A DNA stretch of 64,000 bases from a virus (taxonomy: Duplodnaviria; Heunggongvirae; Uroviricota; Caudoviricetes). Of this stretch, positions 10,658 to 20,731 are shown piece after piece (the stretch's first letter is position 1; every line of letters starts with the position of its first letter). The notes under the pieces were generated by a model. It did not search any database and was not told where the DNA came from. It was given only the letters and a program-made list of their open reading frames with translations. The position numbers were made by a program, and so were the translations under genes. The stretch lies in the IMG/VR virus record IMGVR_UViG_2713896899_000007, positions 1-64,000 of that record. One strand, 5' to 3'.

Positions 10658-10993
10658 TTAAGCCTCAAATACTTGTCTGAATGGAGCGGTTAATACTGCG
10701 TACCCTTGATATCGCTTGACCGTATGACTGTCGCATACAACTACAATCCGTTTTCCTCTTGGATTAACCCAATAGAACGACTCAACACCTGCTCGCTCAG
10801 TCAGGAAGTCATCGATTGCATTAATTTCGTTGTATGATCTGGTAAAGGTTAACGACCATTCTTCTTTAATACGATTAAGACCTTGAGCCTGTCGCTGCTC
10901 GTAGTCATCACCAAAATTAAGTACCGTTACATTCGGTTTTACGCTTTTTTCAGATTCGTAATCTGGATACCAATTAAACGTTTGTCTTTCCAT
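10658..10993 (-). CDS. minor tail protein, lambda M-like
   Basis: 111 aa; position between tape measure and L. Confidence 0.65.
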   Translation of the reverse strand: MERQTFNWYPDYESEKSVKPNVTVLNFGDDYEQRQAQGLNRIKEEWSLTFTRSYNEINAIDDFLTERAGVESFYWVNPRGKRIVVVCDSHTVKRYQGYAVLTAPFRQVFEA

Positions 10994-11035
10994 CTCACAT
11001 CCTTGTGAGACAGCCCCGACCGGGGCAGTCGATAG

Positions 11036-14000
11036 TTAGTTACGTTGAGTGTTTGGGTTGAGTGATCCGCCAGGGCGTTTTTCTTGAGCGATAGTCTCAA
11101 GTACGACGGCTTTCACCCGTTTAGCAGCATTGTTCCATATGCTTTCTGTATCGCCGGATTCTGTCGTGCTACCGTCACTATGGACGTTGATCTCAATTGA
11201 TACAGGAGAAAGAACATTTCCGCCTCCACTCATACCATCGGTACTGAGCGTTACAGGGATTGTTCGGCCATCAGGCAATGGAACATACGCCTCATTCATA
11301 GAACCTTCCCCAAACAACGCTAATTGAGGTGAGTTAGCAATACCGCCTTTCTGGTATGCCCGGAGCGGGATCACGCCGTCTTTTCCGAATATTCCTCCAT
11401 TTGCAAACTTCGGGATTGCAGGAATGCCTTTAGTTCCGTCAGCCACACTGCTAGTTGCGGTTTTAGCAGAGCTTGATGTCACACTGTCGAAACCACCACC
11501 TGCCCATACTGAAACCAACCCAGATGCAACTGTCGCGCCGAAATTCAACCACTTATTACCAGAGCCGGAAGCATTAGCTCCAAGCATTGCAAACGCGGCA
11601 GACAGAGCACCGGTAACAGAGCTGAGGTTCTGCATCGAGAAGATGGAATCCTTCACTGCTTTTGTCTCAGCATCTTTGGCTTCGGTGCTATCAAATAGCC
11701 CTGATACCCAGCTACCAATCGCATTTGTTGCTGTGCCAATTGCGCTGGTGGTCTGCTGTGTCGTTTGCCCCAATCCAGTTACCGAACTGGACGTCTCCTT
11801 CGTGGCTTCTCCTACCGACTTGTCGCCGTTAACAGTGTTGCCCATTCGTACCCCTTGATTGGCAACGGCGGAAGCAACCCCGGTCAGCAAATTACCACTC
11901 TGTGAACTACCAGCTGCGGTGGTTCCCATCCCCAACATGTTCATTAGAGGCAGCGTGATCTGCGACTTCACGACCATATTGGTGATATCTTTCAAAATGG
12001 ACTGAGACAGGCTGGAGAAGCTCATCTTCCCGTTAATAACGAAATCAGTCAGGACATCAGTTAAGCCACTAAACAAATCAGTCCAGGTGCTTTCGATCTG
12101 CTCTGCCAGGTTTTCGTATTCCAGTGCCAACTTCTGCGTCGCAGTCCCCGTCTCTTTAATAAGCGCGGTATTGCCAGCAGCAATAAGTTGATTGATTTTC
12201 TTTGTATAAAGCGCCACGACTTTAGGATCAGACGCCTTATCACGAAGTTCTATCAACGCTTTGAGATTGCGGTTGTAGGTGTCTTCGAAATCAGCAACTT
12301 TCTCTTCACGAGACGGCGTATAGCCAGCACTAATAATGGAATCCGCCTCCGGTGCCCAAGTGGAGATCATCTGCTCAACATTGCGGCGATTAAACATCTC
12401 GCGATATTCAGGTGTCGCATTTTTGAGGTCCTCAAGACGTTTTTTCGCCTTGTCGATCATCTCTTGAGTGATGAACTCGTTAGGAACCGCATTAGCCAAA
12501 TCTGTCAGCGATTTCGTTGTATCGCGAAGAGACTGATCAAACGATACCGTAGCCTTAGAGCTTTCACCCATTTGCCCCATAAGCTGATCGGCTTTGTCCA
12601 GAGCCTTCTGGTATCCGGCTGCCAGTTTCTGTTGCGCTGCCTGTTCCTTCTTGGCCGCACGCTGCGAGGCGTTAGCTGATCGTTGGGCTGCTTTCTCGGC
12701 AGCTGCTGCATCCTGTTCACGAGCTTTAGTCAGTGCAGCAATGGCTGCGGCACGCTCTTCATCGCTCATTTTCTCCAGAGAGCTGGCACTGGATGCTTTC
12801 TGCAAATTAAGCTGCGTCTTGAGTTGTTTAGGCCCAATAATCGGCTTACCTTCGAAGTCCATCATCGGAGTGCCGTCAGGCAAAGTACGTTGATAAGTCG
12901 CAGAATCCATCTGGTTTCGCATATATTGCGCCAGCGCCTTCTGAGCTGCTTTATCAGTTGTACCTAACCCCAGAACAGTCCCCTGGTTTGACATTACGCC
13001 CTTACCAGTTTTGGCAGCGTTATCTCTCTCGAACTCTGCCTGAGTCAGTTCCTGAGCGACGACTTCCAAATTCTCCTGATAACCACGAATACTGCCTTGC
13101 AGTTTCTTGATCTGCTCGGTGTTTCCTTCCTTTTTCGCTTTTTCAAGCTGATCATTAAGAGTGGCTATTTGCCCCTCGACAGCATTCTTACGAGAAGAAA
13201 GTGAATCAACCAGTTTTTGCGCAGGCTCCAGATAGCTTTTGTTTACCGTTTCACGTAACGGTGCCAATAGTTTGTTCTTTTCGTCATCAGAAAGTGAATC
13301 GTCATCATTGATTTTTTGGATCTTCTCCAGAGCCTCTTGACGAGCTTTAGCGAATGTTGCCGCAAAGTCTCTATTCTCTTCCCGTATTTTCTCTATCTGT
13401 GATTCTGCCGCATCTTTTGCAAGACGTTTGGCTACAGCAATGTCTCCGCGTTCAATTGCCCCAGTAGTTTTATCGCGTTTCTTACGAAGGTCATTTAGCT
13501 CATTTTCTATACGCTTACGTTCATCCTGATTAATCTTTACTGTAGTTCCGGCCATACCCGGCCCATAAACCACCTTTTCGCCAGATTTTAACTCTTGTTC
13601 CTTTTGCGTGATTTGTTGCTCAAGACGCGCTTTATACTCCGCCATCTGTGCACGTTTGGCCGCTGTCATCGCCTCTGGTATTTTCCTAATCTCGTCAACG
13701 ACCTTTGAAGTTTCGCTGCGGAGCATGGTCATGTACGTGATTAGGCCAGCAACAGCTACAGTGGCAACTGTAAATGCTGCCCCTATAGGGTTTGCTGCAA
13801 TGAACGCCGTTAATCCAGCAAAAGCGCCTTTAAGCCCCGTAATCGCCCCACGGATGGCGAAAATAAGAGAGGGGATCGGAGCCAGCCCCATACGTGCCGC
13901 ACGATTGAATCGAGTTACTGCTGTAGCGCCGAGGTTAAATGGAGTCTGTATGGCGGTCGCCATCGTGGCAAAGGTGCTAACCATCTGGCTGCCAGCGCCA

Positions 14001-15622
14001 ACTCCCCCCATGATCCCTGCTCGCATCAGTTTGAACGCAACCATCGCGGCCACGACCTTACCGAGATTAATTACCAGCTCTTGGTTCTTTGCTAACCATT
14101 GAGCAAGCTGACGCAACCCATCGATTGCCGTCGTTAACCCCGAACCTAAAGAATTGGCAAACGAAATCCCTTCGGCGCTATTCATGATTGAAGCCAGTTC
14201 TTTCATCCCCTTTGATAGAGAATCCAGATATCCGGCCTGACCAACTCGATCAGCAAATAACGTGAATGACGTCTGAAGTTGCGCCAGCGCACCTGTGTAG
14301 GTTTGCATCATGTCTTTCGCTGCGTTCTCGTTCTCCGCACGCAGACCAACAAACATCAGAGACAACGCCTGCTTTGCCTCAACCGTACCGCTGGCAACGG
14401 CTTTAGTTAGTTCCCCCATAGTGATGCCTGCGGCGTCTGCCATTGCCTGCATCGCGTTAGGAACGGCTTCACCTAATTGCTGACGTAGCTCTTCCATTGA
14501 CACGACGCCCTTACCGGACATCTGCTGAACGGCCACAGCCGCACGTTTCAACAGCTCACTATCACCACCAAAACGAGCAACGGAGTCCACCAGCGCCTTC
14601 AGAGAACCATCGGTTGGATCTAAGCCAGCAGAACGAAACTTCACGAAGGAGTCTGTTAACGCCTGCATCGCGAACGGCGCATTTTGAGCCATGTCTACGA
14701 TGTACTTCATATCATCAGCGGCAGCCTGGCCAGGGTTGGACTTCTCCTTATTCAACCCTCGAAGCATCACCCGCATACGTTCCATTTCGGCCGCAGCTTC
14801 AACAATAGGCTTCTGCCACCCAAACATGATGTCAGTAACCGTTCTGGCTGCATCTCCGATCTCGCCAAGCAGGAAAATGTTGCCACGAAGGCCAGAGAAC
14901 ATACCTCCTTCGTTATTTTTACCGCTGTGGCCAGAAGCGCCGCTACGCTGCCTGCTACCGCTACCACCATCGCCACTTCCAGATGTACGAACGCGTACCG
15001 GCTTGCTAATCAGTTGCTGACGTCCGATAACTTCGTCCATCTGCTCACGAACCTTTTTCAGTCCCTCGGCAGCCTGACTCGTTGTGACACCCCAATTACT
15101 GAGTCGCTTCGTCGTGGTATTAAGGCGCGTATTCATGCCACTCACGGACGCAGAGGCTTCTTTGACCTCCGTACCAAAGCGGCTTGCGCTTTTGCTTGCA
15201 TAGGTCGCCCAATCAGAGAAATCATTTAGCTCTGATTGCACTTTACGTAATGACGCGGTGAGTTTATCTACTGAAGAAGTTGTCGTATCGACGCGCTCAA
15301 TCAGGGCTTTAAGACCAGAATTGAGGCTGGTGATGTTGCCACGCATTTTACGCGTAGCATCTGAAGCAAGCTCAAAACCGGCAGCTACATCCTGTAGTTT
15401 ATCTGCCGTAGAATCGAGCTTGCTTTCCAGAACGCCAATGATACGGGCGACCGAACCCAAAGAGCGTTCAAAGGTTTGGATTTTTTGAGCAGGCTTTGTT
15501 ACCTGCTCACCAAATCGAGTAAGCAGTTTCCCCGCACGATCGATTGACGCTGTAAACTGTTTGTCTTCCAGCGACAGGATAAACTCTACGTTTTGTGACA
15601 TTCCCTTGTCATCCTCTGCCAA
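11036..15622 (-). CDS. tail tape measure protein, 1528 aa
   Basis: very long helical protein with Gly/Ala-rich hydrophobic middle; sits between the G/T chaperone pair and M. Confidence 0.85.
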   Translation of the reverse strand: MAEDDKGMSQNVEFILSLEDKQFTASIDRAGKLLTRFGEQVTKPAQKIQTFERSLGSVARIIGVLESKLDSTADKLQDVAAGFELASDATRKMRGNITSLNSGLKALIERVDTTTSSVDKLTASLRKVQSELNDFSDWATYASKSASRFGTEVKEASASVSGMNTRLNTTTKRLSNWGVTTSQAAEGLKKVREQMDEVIGRQQLISKPVRVRTSGSGDGGSGSRQRSGASGHSGKNNEGGMFSGLRGNIFLLGEIGDAARTVTDIMFGWQKPIVEAAAEMERMRVMLRGLNKEKSNPGQAAADDMKYIVDMAQNAPFAMQALTDSFVKFRSAGLDPTDGSLKALVDSVARFGGDSELLKRAAVAVQQMSGKGVVSMEELRQQLGEAVPNAMQAMADAAGITMGELTKAVASGTVEAKQALSLMFVGLRAENENAAKDMMQTYTGALAQLQTSFTLFADRVGQAGYLDSLSKGMKELASIMNSAEGISFANSLGSGLTTAIDGLRQLAQWLAKNQELVINLGKVVAAMVAFKLMRAGIMGGVGAGSQMVSTFATMATAIQTPFNLGATAVTRFNRAARMGLAPIPSLIFAIRGAITGLKGAFAGLTAFIAANPIGAAFTVATVAVAGLITYMTMLRSETSKVVDEIRKIPEAMTAAKRAQMAEYKARLEQQITQKEQELKSGEKVVYGPGMAGTTVKINQDERKRIENELNDLRKKRDKTTGAIERGDIAVAKRLAKDAAESQIEKIREENRDFAATFAKARQEALEKIQKINDDDSLSDDEKNKLLAPLRETVNKSYLEPAQKLVDSLSSRKNAVEGQIATLNDQLEKAKKEGNTEQIKKLQGSIRGYQENLEVVAQELTQAEFERDNAAKTGKGVMSNQGTVLGLGTTDKAAQKALAQYMRNQMDSATYQRTLPDGTPMMDFEGKPIIGPKQLKTQLNLQKASSASSLEKMSDEERAAAIAALTKAREQDAAAAEKAAQRSANASQRAAKKEQAAQQKLAAGYQKALDKADQLMGQMGESSKATVSFDQSLRDTTKSLTDLANAVPNEFITQEMIDKAKKRLEDLKNATPEYREMFNRRNVEQMISTWAPEADSIISAGYTPSREEKVADFEDTYNRNLKALIELRDKASDPKVVALYTKKINQLIAAGNTALIKETGTATQKLALEYENLAEQIESTWTDLFSGLTDVLTDFVINGKMSFSSLSQSILKDITNMVVKSQITLPLMNMLGMGTTAAGSSQSGNLLTGVASAVANQGVRMGNTVNGDKSVGEATKETSSSVTGLGQTTQQTTSAIGTATNAIGSWVSGLFDSTEAKDAETKAVKDSIFSMQNLSSVTGALSAAFAMLGANASGSGNKWLNFGATVASGLVSVWAGGGFDSVTSSSAKTATSSVADGTKGIPAIPKFANGGIFGKDGVIPLRAYQKGGIANSPQLALFGEGSMNEAYVPLPDGRTIPVTLSTDGMSGGGNVLSPVSIEINVHSDGSTTESGDTESIWNNAAKRVKAVVLETIAQEKRPGGSLNPNTQRN

Positions 15623-15878
15623 ATATTTGCATCAGTTGCTCTTTGGCGTCAGGGTCTGCCTTATCCTGGCTTGGATCGTAGACTTTATCTGTTACGACTG
15701 GTCTTCCAATCCTGAGTTGCAAACCCTCCATGAACGCCTTCACAGCCTCGCCATCCGCCTGGGACGCACGGGCGACTTGTAAGTTGCGGACATCCTCTTC
15801 CGCACGCAGACGGTCTATATTGCGACTGAGCATCCAGAACATCGTGAGAGGTATGTTCAATAGCTCTAATGGCGACAC
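15609..15878 (-). CDS. T segment of tail assembly chaperone, probably expressed as a G-T fusion by -1 frameshift
   Basis: reading frame is -1 relative to G and stays open across the G stop by my translation; track start is a GTG. Confidence 0.5.
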   Translation of the reverse strand: MSPLELLNIPLTMFWMLSRNIDRLRAEEDVRNLQVARASQADGEAVKAFMEGLQLRIGRPVVTDKVYDPSQDKADPDAKEQLMQIFGRG

Positions 15879-15958
15879 GGCGTAGTGAGCAACTACACGA
15901 CTGAAATAGAATCCGAGATCTATTGAGACGGTCCTTGTCCCGGATTCATCACGGGAAA

Positions 15959-16276
15959 TTACTTTGCCCCTTCGCCAGCCGCTTTTTCGTTTTCTTCATC
16001 AATCACTTCCATAGCGAAGGTGAAGATCTGCTGGAGTTGCGGAACAGTCAGTTTTTCAAGAATTTCGTCAGGTACTGAAGGGATAACCTTACGAACCAGA
16101 TCTGCATAAGCTGTCACTTGCTCAACAGGAGACATGTTCATGAGATCTTTTCCTTCCATCTGCTTGATGGAAACGAACAGACCTACCGTCATTTCAACGA
16201 TGGGATATTCCTGACCGCCAAATTTGATGCTTTTCTTCGGAGGCAGAATGGAATCTAGATCGAGTAATTTGGTCAT
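15959..16276 (-). CDS. tail assembly chaperone, G-like
   Basis: small acidic protein between major tail gene and tape measure. Confidence 0.55.
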   Translation of the reverse strand: MTKLLDLDSILPPKKSIKFGGQEYPIVEMTVGLFVSIKQMEGKDLMNMSPVEQVTAYADLVRKVIPSVPDEILEKLTVPQLQQIFTFAMEVIDEENEKAAGEGAK

Positions 16277-16331
16277 TGGTTAAAATCCTTTTAAAAGAGA
16301 GGCCCATCCTGAGCCTCTGCTTAATTACTGA

Positions 16332-17078
16332 TTAATCTGCGGGGTTAATCGTTACTGACTTAGTTGCCTTCTTACCACCGCTATTGCTGGTGAAGGAGAT
16401 ATTTGTAGAACCCTGCGCCACACCACGTACCAGACCCGTTTGATCTACCGTGGCCTTTTCCTGGTCTTCGGATTCCCAAACACCGGTTTTGTCTGCGGCA
16501 TCAGCTGGAGTGATTTCGGCTGTCAGTTGCACAGTTTCTCCAGCTTTTACGGTTGGAGATTCCGGTGAGATCGACACAGTTTTTACCGGTTTAGGGCCGC
16601 TCATTCTTCCCAGAACGCCTTCGTCATCAGGGTACGCACTGAACTGAACAGAGAACACACGAACATCATCAGACTGGTAAGTCATGGTGAAGTTACCTGC
16701 GGTCGCAGCTTTCGGGATAGTCAGAACGTAGTCGGTAGTGTCCTGCGGAGTCAGAACCAGCTCTTTGGCTACGTCGATCAGGTTGACACCCTGTGCGGAA
16801 GTGATGGTCACCGCATTGTCGTCTTCGTTCAGAGTAGACCCCGGCATCAGATCGACCATATTTTTCAACACAGACTCGGCCAGCGGCGCAGTAATGGTAA
16901 TGTTACGACCCTGCACCAGCTCGGACATAATTGTCTGGCCGTGCTGGTCGACGGTGACTTTCAGCGTTTCAGTGGCTACTTCAACCTGAACACCACCTTT
17001 GGTGTAACCCAAATCCACACCACCAAACGACACCTTACAGGCACCAAGTTTGATGTTTTTTACATGGGTATTAGACAT
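16332..17078 (-). CDS. major tail (tube) protein with C-terminal Ig-like (Big_2) domain
   Basis: position upstream of G; C-terminal Big_2-like segment; start moved to MSNTHVK, which has an AAGGAG RBS. Confidence 0.7.
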   Translation of the reverse strand: MSNTHVKNIKLGACKVSFGGVDLGYTKGGVQVEVATETLKVTVDQHGQTIMSELVQGRNITITAPLAESVLKNMVDLMPGSTLNEDDNAVTITSAQGVNLIDVAKELVLTPQDTTDYVLTIPKAATAGNFTMTYQSDDVRVFSVQFSAYPDDEGVLGRMSGPKPVKTVSISPESPTVKAGETVQLTAEITPADAADKTGVWESEDQEKATVDQTGLVRGVAQGSTNISFTSNSGGKKATKSVTINPAD

Positions 17079-17152
17079 TGATGGAAAACTCCTTTTTCCG
17101 TTAATTCTACGCATTCATTGCGCTAATGGTAAGTATATACTTACCGATTAAC

Positions 17153-17659
17153 TTAATTCAATAAATAGCCAGCAAATTCAACAGGAATGCCTGCTTCTAT
17201 TAATGCCCCATCATTTTTGGGATAAATGATTGGCATCGCCATCGGTCGTACAAGTCGAAAATAAACACCACCAGATTCCGTTTCCTCTACTGGAAGCATC
17301 TCAATGATTTTATTGGCTTTCTCAACCGTCGTAGTGATTGACGAACCACGCACAATGATTGTGAATGATTCGTGATAAAAGCCCTGTAGCTCATGATCGA
17401 TGCTGATGCCGGTATTTGGGTTAATAAGCAGGACGCCAGATTTCACATTGGCAGGCAAGTAGTGACAGAAAATGTCAGTCCCGACCGTGCCAATCTTTGC
17501 CTTCTGCATCAAACTTGCAAACGCTTCGATAAACACATTAACCTCTCGTAAAACCGGCTTTTCTGGCAGCCTCAAGAATCGCTTCTGAGAACTGCTTCTC
17601 GCTAATTTCCACCGCTCTTTCCAGAAAGTGTGGCCCAACACGGGGTTTAACACCGGCAA
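17153..17659 (-). CDS. hypothetical tail component (tail terminator position); start possibly internal at MQKAKIG
   Basis: ORF in the slot lambda U occupies; no motif recognised. Confidence 0.4.
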   Translation of the reverse strand: MPVLNPVLGHTFWKERWKLARSSSQKRFLRLPEKPVLREVNVFIEAFASLMQKAKIGTVGTDIFCHYLPANVKSGVLLINPNTGISIDHELQGFYHESFTIIVRGSSITTTVEKANKIIEMLPVEETESGGVYFRLVRPMAMPIIYPKNDGALIEAGIPVEFAGYLLN

Positions 17660-18011
17660 TTGGTGGGTTTGTCACGTTCTTCATTCGAGAAAGATAACCG
17701 AGTCGGTATTTACCCAGCTCCATGTACTTAGCATAGTCACCTACTTCTACGCCCGGATGCCCCTGACGTGGTTTTGCTCCAGACACAGAAAGCTCAATAC
17801 GCAGCCCTGAATAACCTTCTTTAATCACCCTGGCAAAGATGGCTGTCTCCAGAGATCCGGTTTCCAGCGGGGCCATTGCACGGCTGAGACGCTCAACCAA
17901 ACGCGCCAGCTTTTCCATGTCCCGAATAAGATATCGCTTAAATGCTTTCTGGCTGTTGTTGAGTCGATTCCCCGCACGTTTGAACTGATGCGCATCGTAT
18001 TTCAGACCCAT
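17538..18011 (-). CDS. hypothetical head-tail joining / tail completion protein
   Basis: 157-aa ORF between head and tail modules. Confidence 0.4.
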   Translation of the reverse strand: MGLKYDAHQFKRAGNRLNNSQKAFKRYLIRDMEKLARLVERLSRAMAPLETGSLETAIFARVIKEGYSGLRIELSVSGAKPRQGHPGVEVGDYAKYMELGKYRLGYLSRMKNVTNPPIAGVKPRVGPHFLERAVEISEKQFSEAILEAARKAGFTRG

Positions 18012-18346
18012 ATATTCGCCCCTACTTCAAGATGCCCTGGTCTTCCTCGTAGTCCCCAGCGGCGATGAACACTGGACACCTTTAATTTTTGACCTTCAAG
18101 GATCAGTACATCATCAAGTTGTACAGCCGCTCCCAAAGGGACAACTAACACAGCATCAAACAGCTCCAGACTCGCCTTACCACGACTACCAGAGCTATCA
18201 GCACGAACTGACGATTTCTCATTACTCTGTTCGAACTTAACCACGCCGACATTCGTCTTCCTGACGAATTGTAATTGCGCCTCACCGTAAACGTTCTTTG
18301 CGCCAAAGCGGTAGATCGCAATTTCTGTTTGCCATGAAATATTCAT
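18002..18346 (-). CDS. hypothetical head-tail adaptor protein
   Basis: start moved to MNISWQ, which has a GGGAGAG RBS; position in head-tail module. Confidence 0.4.
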   Translation of the reverse strand: MNISWQTEIAIYRFGAKNVYGEAQLQFVRKTNVGVVKFEQSNEKSSVRADSSGSRGKASLELFDAVLVVPLGAAVQLDDVLILEGQKLKVSSVHRRWGLRGRPGHLEVGANIWV

Positions 18347-18425
18347 GCTCTCTCCCTGTTGTTGTCGGTCGCTCTCATTACTGGCCAAAAAACCTTTCGA
18401 CCAAAAGTAAATAATGCGACTGGCG

Positions 18426-19259
18426 TTACGCACGGCGAACAATCATACGGTTGTTGATGTAACTGACCAGCAAGCGCCAGGTACTGCGAGCCACATGCAC
18501 GTTTGCAGCTTTGCCGGTACGGTACATGTTGGTTGTTTCACCGATGGACTCTGACAAAATGCCATCTTCTCGTGCTGCGGCAACATCATTGCCATTTGCG
18601 ATCTCACACGCTTCGTTGACAACGGCAAGCATCAACGCTTCTTTGAAGTAGTCAGGGAACTCTTCAAACTTCTCCTGCGTCATCTTTTCCCAATCGACTA
18701 AATCATGCCGGTACGCTCCATCTGCTCCCCACGGAATGTCATACACATTCAGCATATTTTGAGGGCGATCGTATCGGTCAAAGTCGATACGTAGAATTTT
18801 GCGGATTGAGAACGGTAAAGTTTTAATTCGTCTGGTAGCCTCAATGAGACGCTTGCGCATTAAGCCTTCACCATCCGACAGCAAAGTGTCCCCATTCAGC
18901 ATATCGATCGCCTGCATTTGAGCATCAGCGACAGTTGCAAACGACTGTTCTGGTATCGACAGTTCAAAACTATTCAGCAGAACATACATTTGCCGCTCTT
19001 CATGCGTCAGACCCGATGCAACAGCCTTCACAATGACGTACCGCAGATCGCGTTCTTTCTCAGAGAGCTGGTTATATTCAGCCGACACGACAACCGGAAT
19101 CGACATTTGACCGCTGGTAATTTCTAGCGGCTCGCCATCAACGAGAATAGCCCCGGTGCTGTCCTTTACTGTGTAGGTGGCAGATTCGATATCCAGCACG
19201 TTGAAGGCAAATGAAAGAGAAACAGCTTCACCGCTACGATACGAGTCGATCTGCGCCAT
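18426..19259 (-). CDS. hypothetical structural / head completion protein
   Basis: 277-aa ORF in head module. Confidence 0.4.
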   Translation of the reverse strand: MAQIDSYRSGEAVSLSFAFNVLDIESATYTVKDSTGAILVDGEPLEITSGQMSIPVVVSAEYNQLSEKERDLRYVIVKAVASGLTHEERQMYVLLNSFELSIPEQSFATVADAQMQAIDMLNGDTLLSDGEGLMRKRLIEATRRIKTLPFSIRKILRIDFDRYDRPQNMLNVYDIPWGADGAYRHDLVDWEKMTQEKFEEFPDYFKEALMLAVVNEACEIANGNDVAAAREDGILSESIGETTNMYRTGKAANVHVARSTWRLLVSYINNRMIVRRA

Positions 19260-19693
19260 TACTCACCGCCTTGTGCTTTCAGGATGCCTTCAATCATCTC
19301 GACAATTCCTTTCGCTTTGACACCAACCTGATTACCAATCACACGTAGACCGGCAATGCCTTCATTGTCTGCAATTGACTCCAACTCTTCTCGTGTGAAA
19401 GTCTGGATCTGTTTGGCCGGTTCATCTGGTGTCCCACGTTTCATTGGCACAATGTCAGGTGCTGCTGGCTCGGTAATCAGGTCTGCGGTCAACTCGCCAC
19501 GATCACTGTATGCGGCAGACGGAGAAACATTTTTGCCCTCGACTGTTGATGCTCGCATTGAGGCACAAATCCTTTGCTGATCGATAAAAGGCAACTCCGC
19601 TACGGACACCCCGTTCTCGAACTGAACGCCGCACAACATTCCCGAATAACCGGAAAATTGCGGTTCTAATAAAACAATTTTTGCTGGTTTCAT
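19259..19693 (-). CDS. hypothetical head-module protein
   Basis: 144-aa ORF, start/stop coupled to neighbours. Confidence 0.4.
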   Translation of the reverse strand: MKPAKIVLLEPQFSGYSGMLCGVQFENGVSVAELPFIDQQRICASMRASTVEGKNVSPSAAYSDRGELTADLITEPAAPDIVPMKRGTPDEPAKQIQTFTREELESIADNEGIAGLRVIGNQVGVKAKGIVEMIEGILKAQGGE

Positions 19694-19737
19694 AACGCAT
19701 TCTCTCTACATGGGCGGCTTTCGCCGCCCAATATTGA

Positions 19738-20658
19738 TTATTCCTTTGCAGCAGTGACTTCTACGGTCGCTGTCGCTTTGTGGCTACCATCTTGGGTAGT
19801 AACCTCGATTGTGGCAGTACCAGCCGCAACGCCAGTTACAACACCGGTTTCGCTATCCACCGTTGCAAATTCGGTATTTTTGGATTCCCAAGTAACGGTT
19901 TTATTTGTTGCTCCTGCCGGCTCGACATTTGCGGTCAGCTGAACAGTTTTGTTTGCCTCAACGGTTGTGCTATTTGGGTCGATTTCGACGCCGGTAACAG
20001 CCACAACAGGCGCAGTTACTTCCACCGTTGCAGTTGCCTTTTTGCTGCCATCTTGGGAAACGATCTCAATCGTCGCAGTGCCAACTTCTACACCAGTAAC
20101 GTTCCCGCTCTGGTCTACCGTTGCCTTATCTTCATTTTTGGAAGACCAGGTAACAGTCTTATTCGTCGCATTTGACGGCTGAACATTCGCTTTCAGACTG
20201 ACTGATTTCCCTTTCTCAACAGAGGTTGAGTCTGGCGTTACCGTTACGGATTGAACGGCTACCGGATTTACGGTGACTTCCACTGAAGCGGAAAGCTGGG
20301 TTTCCTGATCAGTTGCAGTAATTTTTACTTTGCCTGGGGCTACGCCAGTTACTAATCCAGTGCCGTTAACGGTTGCAATTTGATCATTGGCTGACTTCCA
20401 GGTGAATGAACTGGCACTCTTACCCATACTAATACCTGCACTAAGTTGAACAGTTTTCCCAACCAAAACTGATGGTGAAGCCGGAGTTATGTTTACGGAT
20501 TGGGAGAGGGGAACCGCCTGCAAACAAGCAGATAGCTGACTTTGTTGCCGCTCGGTTAAAGGTTCATCGGAGATAGAATTGGTAAATCCGGCACGGCACA
20601 TATGCCCCGTAAAATCCGAAAATGCCTCTTCCGTAATCTTCATCTTTTGTTCTGGCAT
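19738..20658 (-). CDS. Ig-like (Big_2) repeat protein, probable head decoration protein
   Basis: three tandem Big_2-like units (KTVTW...ATVD...TGV..GTATI); immediately after capsid gene. Confidence 0.6.
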   Translation of the reverse strand: MPEQKMKITEEAFSDFTGHMCRAGFTNSISDEPLTERQQSQLSACLQAVPLSQSVNITPASPSVLVGKTVQLSAGISMGKSASSFTWKSANDQIATVNGTGLVTGVAPGKVKITATDQETQLSASVEVTVNPVAVQSVTVTPDSTSVEKGKSVSLKANVQPSNATNKTVTWSSKNEDKATVDQSGNVTGVEVGTATIEIVSQDGSKKATATVEVTAPVVAVTGVEIDPNSTTVEANKTVQLTANVEPAGATNKTVTWESKNTEFATVDSETGVVTGVAAGTATIEVTTQDGSHKATATVEVTAAKE

Positions 20659-20731
20659 TTCTCGCTCCTACAAAAAGGGTGGGCGTATAGCCCACCCTTT
20701 AACATAGATAACTACCTATCTACTACACTGA

